Positions 6,901-15,349 of a stretch of 52,573 nucleotides of DNA are shown here, piece after piece. The notes under the pieces were generated by a model that worked only from the letters and a program-made list of their open reading frames with translations, did not search any database and was not told the DNA's origin. Origin of the DNA: a virus; the IMG/VR virus record IMGVR_UViG_3300045988_103312, positions 1 to 52,573 of that record; one strand, written 5' to 3'. A program made the position numbers and the translations under genes. The first letter of the stretch is position 1; the number at the start of each line of letters is the position of its first letter.

Positions 6901-8838
6901 CCAGTCGATGTCCGCCACGGCAATCTTCGCCGCCGCAATGCGCGCGACTTCCGCCTCCAGATCGGTGATCTGCGCCGACTTGATCTCCGCTTCGCCGATC
7001 TTGGCCGTCGCGATGTCCGCGATGGCCGCAGACAGGGACGTGATCTGCGCCCAGTTGATATTGGCCGCATTGATGTTCGCGGTGGTGATCTGCGCCTTGG
7101 AGATATTCGCGATCTGCGCCGTCAGCTCGGCGATCTGCGCCCAGTCAATGTTGGCCTCCTTGATGTTCGCCGTGGTGATCTGCGCCACGGCCAGTCTGGC
7201 GAGGTCGGCATACAGCTGATCCGTCGTCACGCTGCCCGCCACGATCTCATGGATGTCCGCCCGGATGGCCACAATGCTGTCCGCCGCCAGCTGCTCAATG
7301 GCCGCCTGAGCGATCTTGGCGTAGCCGATGGTGGCATTTCGCATGACGCTGTTGGCGTTGACGCTGCCCGGCAGGAGCTTCACGCCGGATACGCTGCCGT
7401 CGGCGATCTCGTAGCCATAGGTGGTCTGCTCAAGCTCCGAGATGTCGCCCACATACACGTCCTGATAGCGCTTCAGCAGGCAGTCGTAGACATAGCCGTT
7501 GACGCGGAGCTTGGCGTTGATGCCCACGTAGGAGGCTATGACGCGCACGCTGTCATACAAAAACACCGTAAGCAGCGGCGCGTAGTCCGCGTATTCCGCC
7601 GAGTTTTCCAGCGCCGCGAGCTGCACGTCGAGGCTCACCGCAGCCGCGTCCATGCCGTCCGCAAAATCCTGCTGGGCGAGGCGCTTCAGCTCGGCCCGGG
7701 CCGCCGCGTTATTCTTGAACTGCGCGTCCTTGGCCGTGGAGACGCTCACGTCGTATTCGATCTCCGCGTCCCGGCTGGTGGGGTAGAGGCCCTTGTTGGC
7801 GCTTTCCACCCATCCGTTATTCTCCGGGATGAGCAGACGGTTGCCGTCCTTGTCCTTGCCCACGGGCCGGATGCGCGTCACCACGCCGGACACATCCACC
7901 GTCAACACAGCGCCCAGAAGGTTTTTGCGATGCCGAATCTCCATGCCGCGATCCATGACCTCGTCCGGCAGGATATACACGTCGTAGTTGTCGCGGATGA
8001 TCCGCGCGCCGGTCTGGGGCACGATGCCAATGTCCGGGTCGAGCAGCGCCTTGACGATGGATGCGCCGGTGTAGTCGCCGGAAATCGCCTTAGTGACCTT
8101 GCAATGGAAGGTAAAGCCATGCTCGGCGCTGGCGCTGGCCAGAATGGTGCTCAGAACCGTGTCGGCGGCGACGTTTTCTGGCTGATAGTCTCTGGTACAG
8201 ATCACGCCGGACAGGTCGTAGAATATGTGGGAGGCCTTGACCTCCACCATGCCCGTCTCCGCGTCGCGCCCCACGGAATAGATGCGGAAGAGCTGATCCC
8301 GCGTCTGTTTGCTCTCGATGACGGTGCTGGGCTGGTCGCTGTCGCCCTTGACGGTCTCCGTCTCGTTGCGGTCGAATTTGAGATACTGGCTGTACATCCA
8401 GCCCGTCGCGCCGCCGCTCTTGATGACGACGCGCGACCAGTCGCCGGACTTGGAGAGCTGCACGACCTCCGTCCCGACCTTGTAGGCGCGGATGATCTTG
8501 GCCGAGGTGCTGGGCTTCGCCCGCAGTCTCAGGCGCGCGCCGGTGTTGGTTCGCACCTTGTAGATGGCGCGGGTGACGGTCTGCGTGGCTCCGCTGGGCA
8601 CGTTGTCGAGGATGCGCACAATGGGCGCTTCCCGCACGGCGCATGGGGCCTTGATGATGCATCCGTTTTGCAGGTACGTCCATTTCAGATCGTCGTCCAC
8701 GGGATGCTTCATCTCCAGCTCCATCAGGCCGCCGGCCTTTTCCTCCACGGTGCATTCCGTGGGCTGAAGCACGGCCAAACCGAGCGTGGAAAAGTCCTCG
8801 GCGTCTGCCGGGTAGATGTTGATCATAGATACCTCCAT
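3982..8838 (-). CDS. Tail-associated lysin-like / receptor-binding tail protein (Tal), 1618 aa
   Basis: Position after Dit; prophage-tail-like N-region with embedded SH3-like segment; A/I-rich repeats (ANIDWAQIAELTAQIANISKAQITTANINAANINWAQI); two tandem ~249-aa CBM-like modules; beta-rich C-terminus. Confidence 0.85.
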   Translation of the reverse strand: MEVSMINIYPADAEDFSTLGLAVLQPTECTVEEKAGGLMELEMKHPVDDDLKWTYLQNGCIIKAPCAVREAPIVRILDNVPSGATQTVTRAIYKVRTNTGARLRLRAKPSTSAKIIRAYKVGTEVVQLSKSGDWSRVVIKSGGATGWMYSQYLKFDRNETETVKGDSDQPSTVIESKQTRDQLFRIYSVGRDAETGMVEVKASHIFYDLSGVICTRDYQPENVAADTVLSTILASASAEHGFTFHCKVTKAISGDYTGASIVKALLDPDIGIVPQTGARIIRDNYDVYILPDEVMDRGMEIRHRKNLLGAVLTVDVSGVVTRIRPVGKDKDGNRLLIPENNGWVESANKGLYPTSRDAEIEYDVSVSTAKDAQFKNNAAARAELKRLAQQDFADGMDAAAVSLDVQLAALENSAEYADYAPLLTVFLYDSVRVIASYVGINAKLRVNGYVYDCLLKRYQDVYVGDISELEQTTYGYEIADGSVSGVKLLPGSVNANSVMRNATIGYAKIAQAAIEQLAADSIVAIRADIHEIVAGSVTTDQLYADLARLAVAQITTANIKEANIDWAQIAELTAQIANISKAQITTANINAANINWAQITSLSAAIADIATAKIGEAEIKSAQITDLEAEVARIAAAKIAVADIDWAHIKDLVAGTAIFTAGVGDKLHIARLAVTEANMVSLSVGELLVKGQDGSFYSVSVDADGNIVTEKKQVVNSDVKDLSINAGEKIIEGTVTAACLNANDIFANNATIKQLIAANIDVDTLFAREATINSLNAMDIRGNKYLQLYVTDKVDGISIGGRNLLRNTNQGTTNWDWSMQTGGKTIEEYLDGGVRAVKMTRDATPHAGWSVISYAIGKDAYVLLEPDAEYIVSMDYKSTVAAPNGISVNICTGEATDHAIQTATYDQAIPADEWTHIAVPIKTKSALPAFNYQLVYFTGFSSAVNSVHIFKNLKLEKGNKATDWSPAPEDIEERMSAAELKIEPDAIVSTVTSSASYKTLSSKADDNATDITGLKTRMTTAESKIDQKADSITLSVLETKVDGIAVGGRNLLRGTNQGTANWDWSMQTGGKTIEEYLGGGVRAVKMTRDAVEQTGWSIISYSVSEDAYALLEPNTEYTLSFDYKPSVATANGVMFSIRRGDGSNAATNDGGYWKEIPANEWTHVSGTFTTVENIPDFLLGSTEIYITRLPTAVGSVHIFKNLKLEKGNKSTDWSPAPEDPAGSLSVNSDYSKVDINTERVRIVSKRMEVAVPSDDGEDDVLRVDADGVHAEVVEADMIVSDSVVHTQGAASYTPANAGELAAYLEGLSGKCLTGDVDVNCINVSSGSFEVQGLCGAAGKLTLRNGALNALTVRGCGRNVIVYVESMEFSTSGVAVTVDDGAVMLLECSLNAGTGLRLGANWPSEAWLSDCEGDCTTLAALSSFSRLWASGSKPTGTLSLGAGSEVYNSTDDPTFAAKPDPSIPTTQTVTASLSPTSTSTSGYGSKLYQGRYSSSQSLRKGVMLFSLPSDLTSADKIDSATLTIKRIGGVGQGGGVSVHVRCYDVPGTLHASKTAYENQTVSIDVTNAVKAMKTNGYTGLMLYNPDTTTVGGKSYTASYSRFAGKGESGEPVLKISYRK

Positions 8839-9539
8839 CGCGGCGTGATCTCAACCTTGGTCACGCTGCCCGTCCACGTGATGATATTCGCCCCGGGCCG
8901 CAGCACCGGGAACTCGTCCATCACAAAGCTGCTGTTGAGCGACGCGGTCTTGGCCAGATTGAACGTCTCCATCAGCTCGCAGTCGATGACGGCCCCATCT
9001 GCCAGGCTCCGCGCCTCGACGGAATAGCCGTTGACCACCAGCGTGATGTCGCCGCTGCCCGTCAGCTTGATTTCCGGCTGAGAAAACACGGTGCCGGGAT
9101 TGGTGATCGTCCCGCCGGAGGTGGTGATCTCCTGCGCGGCGGGCGCGGGGTAGACATAGCGGAAGGGCTGTAAAGCAAACGTGACCGTAAACTCAATGAG
9201 CGGATCGGAATCCGCGGTGAGCTGTTTGAAATCCACCTGCTTGCTTACTCGTCCTATAAATTCAAAACCGGGAGCGGAAGAAAACCGCAGTTTTCCGCGC
9301 CCGGTCAGCCATCCGCCGATTTCGCTATGTTTGGACTTGTTCGCCCGGCATTGCAGCTTTATGGTGATGGTGTCGTAGCATCCCTCAGCCATCCACAGTT
9401 CGCCGTTCCGGCCCGGCGGCGTTTCAACTTTTCCTCGTGCCGCCGGGAGGGAAGGAATGTAGACGTTTATCAGTCGAACGCCGTGATCAGAAGAGGAAGA
9501 ATCGTTGAAATAAAAAACATTGTTATTGCTTCTGCTCAT
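8823..9539 (-). CDS. Distal tail protein (Dit)
   Basis: Start set at ATG 9539 (MSRSNNNVFYF..., SD GAGGTGAGAAA, 4 nt after TMP stop); 238 aa between TMP and Tal; the longer track ORF N-terminus overlaps TMP and looks like noise. Confidence 0.75.
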   Translation of the reverse strand: MSRSNNNVFYFNDSSSSDHGVRLINVYIPSLPAARGKVETPPGRNGELWMAEGCYDTITIKLQCRANKSKHSEIGGWLTGRGKLRFSSAPGFEFIGRVSKQVDFKQLTADSDPLIEFTVTFALQPFRYVYPAPAAQEITTSGGTITNPGTVFSQPEIKLTGSGDITLVVNGYSVEARSLADGAVIDCELMETFNLAKTASLNSSFVMDEFPVLRPGANIITWTGSVTKVEITPRWRYL

Positions 9540-9543
9540 TTTC

Positions 9544-12500
9544 TCACCTCGCTCCATAGCCCAGGGCGATTCCGCGATTGCGATTTGCTGCGGCCTCTGC
9601 CGTGTAGCGCGCTCTGACTTTGGCGGCAACCTTGCCATTCTCAACAAGCTCAATATGCTGATTCGACATGGCCTCCGCAAGGCGGTCATAGTCGATGACG
9701 ACCTCGCGTGCACTGCTGGTGGTTCTGCCGCTCGGCTCGCCCAGATCACGCGGCGGCTCGACGTAAACGGCTTCTGCAATAGCACGCTCGATGTCGGGCG
9801 ACAGGTTGCGGATGCCGCCCATAAATCCGAGGTCATAGTATTCGCCGATGGATTCCATGACGCGAGAGGGAGAGTGGATATCGAGTGCATTTCTCGCCGC
9901 CTGTGCTGCGGCACTCGCAACTTCAATCGCCGCTGAAATTACGCCGGATTTCCCATTTCGAATACCGGTCGCGAGTCCGGAGGAAAAATTGCGTCCCAGC
10001 GTTTTCGCAGTCGGGCCAGCCATCGCAGAGCTGAGGGCCGCATTTGCGGCGGCGGCGACAGTTTCAGCATCACCGGAAAAGTCGTATTCGCCCATTCCTG
10101 CGCCGATGCCGGCGGCTACGTCATTTCCGATGGGCTTTGTTCGCTCCGCGGGAGAATGGGACTGCTCCGCGGCGCGGACTGCTGCGTCGATGTCGGAAGC
10201 GACCGTTTCGGCGGTGCTTGCCCAGCCAAACCCTGTAAAGCCTTCTGCAAGGCCGCCGGCCAAGTCTACACCTACATCGCCCAATGCCCCGACGGCCTCC
10301 GTGGAACCGAGAATTGTCTGTACGTTCTCAATTACTGAGAGCAACTGCGCGGCTTCATCTTCGCTTAATTCGCCGTTTTTGAGTAACTGAAGACCGTTTG
10401 CGATATACTGAGCAATTTCTTCAAAGCCCGCTCCAGAATCAGCGGATAGTTCTGCTGCTGCGCGTTGCGCCAACAGCATCATAGAAACGCCTTCGTTTAC
10501 AGCACCGTCTTTGCCGAATTCTGAAACTGCATTTTGGTAGCTTTGTATGGCGCGAGAAAAAACTTCGAGCGTATTTGATGTACCCTCTGGGATCCCCATG
10601 AAGCCTGTTTTATTTAATTGCCCACTTGCCGCCGCAAAGTTCATCCCAGGATCTTTCGCATTCGAAAAATTCCCGCCCTCAAAGTTGACTTTGACAGTGG
10701 CATCAATGTCTGTATGTTCTCCTTTTGCCCATGCCGTATACGATTCCTCGAGGAAATCAGCATCCAAAGCCGCATAGACCTGTAATACCTCTTTGTCCAG
10801 CCCTTCGCCAAACATATCATTCATCGATTTAATGAGGTCTTCAGGCAATCCTTTTTGCAACGTTTCGTCGCTGAGTATCGTTTTCAGCGACGTAAGCGTG
10901 AAATATGCATCCTGCGCCTCAGAACTCAATGTCGTGCCACTTTTGTTTGCGGCATCCTGCATTGACTGCAACGCGGCGGTCATTTCTACGACCTGCGTTT
11001 CATCCAATTCAGAAAGGGCCGTCGCAAGTTCCGCCTGCTTAGTTTTATCGCCTGTTTTGGACACCTCGATCATAAGCTGACGGATGTGTTCGAGCTTATC
11101 TGCCGTATTGTCATAGGCGGTTCCTTCACCAAAAACATTGGTAGAATCCATTGCATAATTGAGCGCTTCTGCATATTTGTCCACGCCCTGCGTAGTAGCA
11201 TCATTCCACCACTGATTGAGGTCTTCAAGGGCCTGTTTGCGCTCTCCATCGTCCTCGATGAGCTGGATGAGGGCATACTGCCGATCATATTCCTGCTGGA
11301 TGGCCTCGTTATACTGAGCGAGGCCCTGCGTTGCCGCTGCATAAGCGTCCGCCCAAACGTCCGTGCCCTGCGCTCCTCTAGAGAGCGCAGCGTCTACGTT
11401 TGTCGTGATCTCTTCAAACGGGTTTCCGTTTTCGCTGTCTGGCTTGAGCTTATATTTGATCTCAATGGCCTCGCGCTCATCATAAAGCGCCTGAAGCGAC
11501 TGCGTATCCGCCTCAGACAGCAGGCCGTTTTGCTTCTTTTTCAGCAGCGCCTCAACGGCTGCGTCGATCTCATCGAGGCGCGCCGCATCCTCGTCGAGCC
11601 CCTGTAAAAATCCGTCGCTGACATAACCGCCGGAAGCGGCTGCGTCCTTGATCTCCGCAAGGCCGTCGCGAAGCTCGTCCGTTCCGCTGGTGAAGCCGCT
11701 GACCATCTCGGAGACGATGTCATCCGTCTCTTTTTTACCGTCCGACCACACGCGGGTCAGCTCTTCCATCCATCCGCGGGAACCTTTGATCATGCGCTGG
11801 AAATCGTCGCCGTCAAGACCAAAGGCGGACATGCCCTTCGATTTTTCATAGCTGGTCGTCACGTCGGTATCGGCCCATTCCTGCGCCGTTTTGTTGAGCT
11901 CTTCCTGCGCCTCACGGGCCGCCTTTGCGCCTGAGGCGTAATCATAGAGCTTATAGGCCGCGTAAACCGCGCCGGCGGCGAGCGCACCAAAGCCGAGCGC
12001 GGTGAGACTGAGCTTGCTTATAAGCGGCTGCATGGAGCGCTGGACAGATTGCAGGGCAAGACCTGCCAAACCGGATTTGCCCTGAAACAGATCGAGCTGC
12101 CCGACAGCGCTCTGAACCGCAGAAGCAAAACCTTGCTGGAGTGTATGACTGGCCGTATCAGTAATGTCGTTGAGGGCTTCTGTGGCTGCGCCGGCAGCAT
12201 CCATATCGCTGGCAGCTCCCTGCATCGTGCCGGAGGCAAGCTCTGAATTGAGGCTGGAAATCGTGTCGTTGAATCCGTCGATTTTGGCCTTGGTGTCACT
12301 GATGCGGTTTTCATAGGATTTTACGGCAAGCTCGGCGCGTTTGAGCGCATCTGCGCTTTTGCGCACAACAGTTTCCTGCTTTCCGACGGCGGCATTGAGC
12401 TTGTCAGCGTTCGCCGCCGCCTCTTCATAAGCGGGTTTTGCCTGCGCCGCCTGAATACTGCTTTCGCCGAATGCCTGGGCAGCATTAGTGTAGGCTGTCT

Positions 12501-12795
12501 CCATCTCAGCGGCTTTAATAGATGCGGCGTTTGCGGCCTCTTCAAGCTCGTTAAGTTTAGCACTGGCGGAGCCAAAACTAAACGCGGCAGTATCAACCCT
12601 GCTTTTCGCGGCGCTCAGATTTTGAGAGAGCAAATCCAATGCCCGCTGCGATTTCTCCAGCCCGGCACCCGCACGGTCGAGGGCAGTGACGATTTTACCG
12701 GCTTCGCCGCCCATCTGCGACGCGGCGGCCTTGAATTTATCGATATTGAGCGTCGCTTCCGCGTAGACAGAACCGGCGTTATAGCTTCCGGGCAT
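9544..12795 (-). CDS. Tape measure protein
   Basis: 1083 aa, Ala/Glu/Gln-rich helical, hydrophobic segment LTALGFGALAAGAVYAAYKLY, directly after chaperone G/GT genes. Confidence 0.9.
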   Translation of the reverse strand: MPGSYNAGSVYAEATLNIDKFKAAASQMGGEAGKIVTALDRAGAGLEKSQRALDLLSQNLSAAKSRVDTAAFSFGSASAKLNELEEAANAASIKAAEMETAYTNAAQAFGESSIQAAQAKPAYEEAAANADKLNAAVGKQETVVRKSADALKRAELAVKSYENRISDTKAKIDGFNDTISSLNSELASGTMQGAASDMDAAGAATEALNDITDTASHTLQQGFASAVQSAVGQLDLFQGKSGLAGLALQSVQRSMQPLISKLSLTALGFGALAAGAVYAAYKLYDYASGAKAAREAQEELNKTAQEWADTDVTTSYEKSKGMSAFGLDGDDFQRMIKGSRGWMEELTRVWSDGKKETDDIVSEMVSGFTSGTDELRDGLAEIKDAAASGGYVSDGFLQGLDEDAARLDEIDAAVEALLKKKQNGLLSEADTQSLQALYDEREAIEIKYKLKPDSENGNPFEEITTNVDAALSRGAQGTDVWADAYAAATQGLAQYNEAIQQEYDRQYALIQLIEDDGERKQALEDLNQWWNDATTQGVDKYAEALNYAMDSTNVFGEGTAYDNTADKLEHIRQLMIEVSKTGDKTKQAELATALSELDETQVVEMTAALQSMQDAANKSGTTLSSEAQDAYFTLTSLKTILSDETLQKGLPEDLIKSMNDMFGEGLDKEVLQVYAALDADFLEESYTAWAKGEHTDIDATVKVNFEGGNFSNAKDPGMNFAAASGQLNKTGFMGIPEGTSNTLEVFSRAIQSYQNAVSEFGKDGAVNEGVSMMLLAQRAAAELSADSGAGFEEIAQYIANGLQLLKNGELSEDEAAQLLSVIENVQTILGSTEAVGALGDVGVDLAGGLAEGFTGFGWASTAETVASDIDAAVRAAEQSHSPAERTKPIGNDVAAGIGAGMGEYDFSGDAETVAAAANAALSSAMAGPTAKTLGRNFSSGLATGIRNGKSGVISAAIEVASAAAQAARNALDIHSPSRVMESIGEYYDLGFMGGIRNLSPDIERAIAEAVYVEPPRDLGEPSGRTTSSAREVVIDYDRLAEAMSNQHIELVENGKVAAKVRARYTAEAAANRNRGIALGYGAR

Positions 12796-12801
12796 GCGTG
12801 T

Positions 12802-13053
12802 TTACCCCTTTCCGTCCGGCTTTGCAAGCCCTACGAGCTGGCTCCAGCCCGTAGAAGTCGCGCCGTTTTCTGTGACTTTTTTTGCGATGCGGTCGTAATT
12901 GGCGTATGTCCGGCTATGCCCGGACAGGCCGCCATACAGGACGCAGAATTTGCGCCATGATATTCTGGCCGCGACGAGATCAATTCCATATTCGCGCTGG
13001 AAGTCAGCCTCGATGTATTGCCATAGATCAATCGGGCTGACCGTTACTTTTTT
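12802..13053 (-). CDS. gpT-like extension of tail assembly chaperone, reached by -1 frameshift (G-T fusion)
   Basis: The -1 frame from the slippery site reads KKVTVSPIDLWQYIEADFQREYGIDLVAARISWRKFCVLYGGLSGHSRTYANYDRIAKKV...KPDGKG, stop 12802-12804; no own start/SD. Confidence 0.75.
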   Translation of the reverse strand, partial: KKVTVSPIDLWQYIEADFQREYGIDLVAARISWRKFCVLYGGLSGHSRTYANYDRIAKKVTENGATSTGWSQLVGLAKPDGKG

Positions 13054-13424
13054 GCGCTGCGCGCCTTCGTCTCTTCGATTTTCACTTCGTCCTCGGTCTT
13101 AAAAACCGGCTCCGAGGGCTTTTGCTCCTCTTTTTCCGCGCGGAGCCACGCAAAGGCGATCAGCTCCCAAACGTAGCTGGCGCGGAACTCCGGGTGATGC
13201 ACGATGTATTCAAAATCATCGCTGGAGAACATCTGCCGGAGCAGCATGAAATTCTCCTCACCGGTGATGGCGACCTTATCGCGCACCATGCGCTCGATCT
13301 TGAGCATATAATCAAAGGGCAGCTCCGCCGGGACGATGCAGTCGCGGCCAAATACCCGGATCGTCATCGTCGCGTTCTCACGCTCGGACAGGAAACGGTC
13401 AAAATCAAGGGTTTTACGGGCCAT
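13044..13424 (-). CDS. Tail assembly chaperone (gpG-like)
   Basis: 126 aa, acidic C-terminus, immediately upstream of frameshift site and TMP. Confidence 0.8.
   Translation of the reverse strand: MARKTLDFDRFLSERENATMTIRVFGRDCIVPAELPFDYMLKIERMVRDKVAITGEENFMLLRQMFSSDDFEYIVHHPEFRASYVWELIAFAWLRAEKEEQKPSEPVFKTEDEVKIEETKARSAKK
13047..13053 (-). promoter_or_regulatory. -1 programmed ribosomal frameshift heptamer A AAA AAG
   Basis: Last codons of chaperone G are GCA AAA AAG TAA; classic X XXY YYZ slippery site at the conserved G/GT position upstream of the TMP. Confidence 0.75.
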
Positions 13425-13454
13425 ATTTGTGATCTCCTCTCAAAATTTGGCATT

Positions 13455-13479
13455 AAAAAACCGCATCATCATGATGCGG
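13455..13479 (-). terminator. Intrinsic terminator of the secreted-protein moron
   Basis: Minus strand ccgcatcat g atgatgcgg followed by tttttt. Confidence 0.7.
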
Positions 13480-13501
13480 CTGGGCCTATTGTAAGTATGC
13501 T

Positions 13502-13918
13502 TTAGGAGAGTAATGAGGAAATGTTTCGCCCATTAACTTCCAAATATTCCAAAATGCCATCGTTGCTATAGAGTACAAAGTACATATCTACTCCAGAGAT
13601 CGAGTATTTCTGGAAATTTGCTTGCGCCACAAAGTAAACATTCAATCGCGCAAGCATATCATATAGCGGCTGGATGTCATTAGATGCACGCTTTTCCTCG
13701 TAAAAAGCATGATCCTGATCTTTCGCCGTAAGTTTCAGAAAAATCGAATCAAGCGTCGAATCGTAATAGGATTCAACGGCGAAAGAAGAGGATGAATCAA
13801 AACTTTCACCCATTTGTGTTGCAATCGCATCGCAAACGTCCTGTTTCGACGGGGCACCGTAAGCCGTTGTTACGAATAACAATGCAAACAGGCAAACCAA
13901 GCAAACGACTCTTTTCAT
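13502..13918 (-). CDS. Secreted small protein (moron), 138 aa with signal peptide
   Basis: MKRVVCLVCLFALLFVTTAYG/APS signal peptide; AAGGAG SD; AT-rich; own promoter and terminator; track ORF extension upstream is noise. Confidence 0.75.
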   Translation of the reverse strand: MKRVVCLVCLFALLFVTTAYGAPSKQDVCDAIATQMGESFDSSSSFAVESYYDSTLDSIFLKLTAKDQDHAFYEEKRASNDIQPLYDMLARLNVYFVAQANFQKYSISGVDMYFVLYSNDGILEYLEVNGRNISSLLS

Positions 13919-13949
13919 ATTTAACCGCTCCTTCCATTTATGTAAAGAA

Positions 13950-13978
13950 ATAGTAACATAGAAACGGCTGCTTGTCAA
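13950..13978 (-). promoter_or_regulatory. Moron promoter TTGACA-17-TACTAT
   Basis: Minus strand TTGACA (13978-13973), 17-nt spacer, TACTAT (13955-13950); -35 overlaps stop of upstream gene. Confidence 0.55.
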
Positions 13979-14370
13979 TACCCTCCGCAATAATAAATTC
14001 GGAAATTTGCGGCGTAGAACTGAGTGTTGTTCCCGGCCATGCCGGAGAACTGGAAGCCCTTTTCCGTCTCGATGCGGGAAATATATGCGCCATCGCGCAC
14101 GAAGATCAGGTCGCGCGCGTCGTCGAGAATGGACATGATGGACAGCGATTGCGCCAGCGCCCAGCCGCCGTCCATATCGCTGCGCACGACGATCTGCACG
14201 CGAGTTCCCTCGTCGTCGCCGGGAGCGCGCAGGTCGTTGGCGTACACGCAAATGGCCTTGGTGGGCTTTTCCGGCATATAGCCGTAGAACACAGCGCCGT
14301 CCGTGTCGCCCTCCAGCGGCAATTGCAGCTTTCCTGCAAGAAAACGCGCAAGCTGTTCAATGATGCTCAT
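13975..14370 (-). CDS. Hypothetical structural protein (possible tail terminator/completion protein)
   Basis: 131 aa next to the tail tube gene; DGAVFYGYMPEKPTKAICVYAN resembles DUF3168/minor-capsid-type joining proteins only loosely. Confidence 0.35.
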   Translation of the reverse strand: MSIIEQLARFLAGKLQLPLEGDTDGAVFYGYMPEKPTKAICVYANDLRAPGDDEGTRVQIVVRSDMDGGWALAQSLSIMSILDDARDLIFVRDGAYISRIETEKGFQFSGMAGNNTQFYAANFRIYYCGGY

Positions 14371-14429
14371 GCTGATTCTCCTGTTTCAAAAATCCGGGAC
14401 GGCTGTTTTGCCGCCCCGGGGTCGGTCGG

Positions 14430-15158
14430 TCAGGACGCGGCGCTGACGGTGATCGCAAGCGTCGCGGTCTTGTTGTTGTTCATCGACTTGATCGTGAGCG
14501 TGGCGGTACCCTCCGCAACGCCGCGGATCGCAATGTTCGTGCCATCCACCGTGACGGAGGCTTTGGATTCATCGTCAATAGAGTAGGCAAAGCGGGTGTT
14601 CGATGCCTTTTCAGGCGCAAATGCGACGGCCACGGTTTCCGTCTCTCCGACCTTTACGGTGGCGGTGGTGGCGGGAGATGCGCCCTTCTTGAACGATACG
14701 CCGGTAACCTGCACATATTCCATCTCCTCAGGCTGGCCGACGCCCTCCCAGTCCCAGGAGACGGATTCACCGTCCTCGTCCGCAGAAGTGGACTCCTTGG
14801 TGATCACGCAGTCGTACTTGACGGCCTTGCCGATTGCGTCCGCGATGATGAGCGTCTGGTCATTGTCACAGCCGCCGGCATTGGTGGCCGCCTTATGCAT
14901 GAGGCTCTGGCCCGGGTCGCGGGTGCCGGTGGTCTTGTCGCAGATGGGACGGCCCTCCAGAGAGCCGGAAACGCTGCGGCCCTTGATAAACATCTCGGCC
15001 CAGACGGCGTCACCGGTCTTGCCGTCGTCGGTGTCGGAATCAATGTCAACGCTCATCGAGGACAGGCCCTTGACGAGCACTTCCTCATCAGTGACCTTAT
15101 TTTCGATTTTGACGCTGTAATCACGGATGTTAAACGGGCATCCAGATTTTCTTGCCAT
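14430..15158 (-). CDS. Major tail (tube) protein with C-terminal Ig-like (Big_2) domain
   Basis: 242 aa; C-terminal VQVTGVSFKKG...VKVGETETVAVAFAPEKASNTRFAYSIDDESKASVTVDGTNIAIRGVAEGTATLTI is a Big_2 pattern; position upstream of chaperones. Confidence 0.8.
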   Translation of the reverse strand: MARKSGCPFNIRDYSVKIENKVTDEEVLVKGLSSMSVDIDSDTDDGKTGDAVWAEMFIKGRSVSGSLEGRPICDKTTGTRDPGQSLMHKAATNAGGCDNDQTLIIADAIGKAVKYDCVITKESTSADEDGESVSWDWEGVGQPEEMEYVQVTGVSFKKGASPATTATVKVGETETVAVAFAPEKASNTRFAYSIDDESKASVTVDGTNIAIRGVAEGTATLTIKSMNNNKTATLAITVSAAS

Positions 15159-15161
15159 AGG

Positions 15162-15344
15162 TTATTCATTCCCTTCTTCGCCCGCATCGGCGAGCAGTTT
15201 GTCGATATAGCCGTTCGCCTTTACGACTTGGACGCGCTGGGCGAAAACCTGCCGAAAAAAGCGGTCGGAGCAGTCGGAAAAGCGGTCGAGATCGCAGAGC
15301 ACCTTGAGCAGCTCCGCAAGCTCGATTTTCTCTTGATTGGTCAT
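15162..15344 (-). CDS. Hypothetical 60-aa protein
   Basis: Track ORF in operon register between connector and tube genes. Confidence 0.5.
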   Translation of the reverse strand: MTNQEKIELAELLKVLCDLDRFSDCSDRFFRQVFAQRVQVVKANGYIDKLLADAGEEGNE

Positions 15345-15349
15345 GGGGT

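Noticed and set aside
4192-9027. Very long plus-strand ORFs (4192-6675, 827 aa; 6835-9027, 730 aa). Similar ones occur at 16320-17546, 19758-20456, 20694-21377, 37836-38570 and minus-strand 44805-46043.
   Set aside because: They lie antisense to clearly recognisable genes (Tal, capsid, MuF, portal, T5orf172). They are Arg/Ala/Gly/His-rich with no motifs and lack SD sites. These are typical shadow ORFs of high-GC DNA.
8823-9926. Long N-terminal extensions of several track ORFs (8823-9926, 13502-14251, 15350-15889, 17522-18364, 25911-26438, 27659-28114, 29348-29908, 30394-30741, 32596-33048, 37634-38101, 37866-38636, 41195-41536).
   Set aside because: The extensions overlap the upstream gene in another frame, are Arg/Pro/Gly-rich noise and lack SD sites. 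Internal ATG/GTG codons with strong GGAGG-type SDs, placed right after the upstream stop, give compact operon-like spacing.
12831-13031. The 66-aa track ORF between the chaperone and TMP genes.
   Set aside because: The sequence looks non-coding (MIYGNTSRLTSSANMELISSRPEYHGANSASC...). The -1 frame from the A AAA AAG site gives a convincing gpT-like sequence instead.
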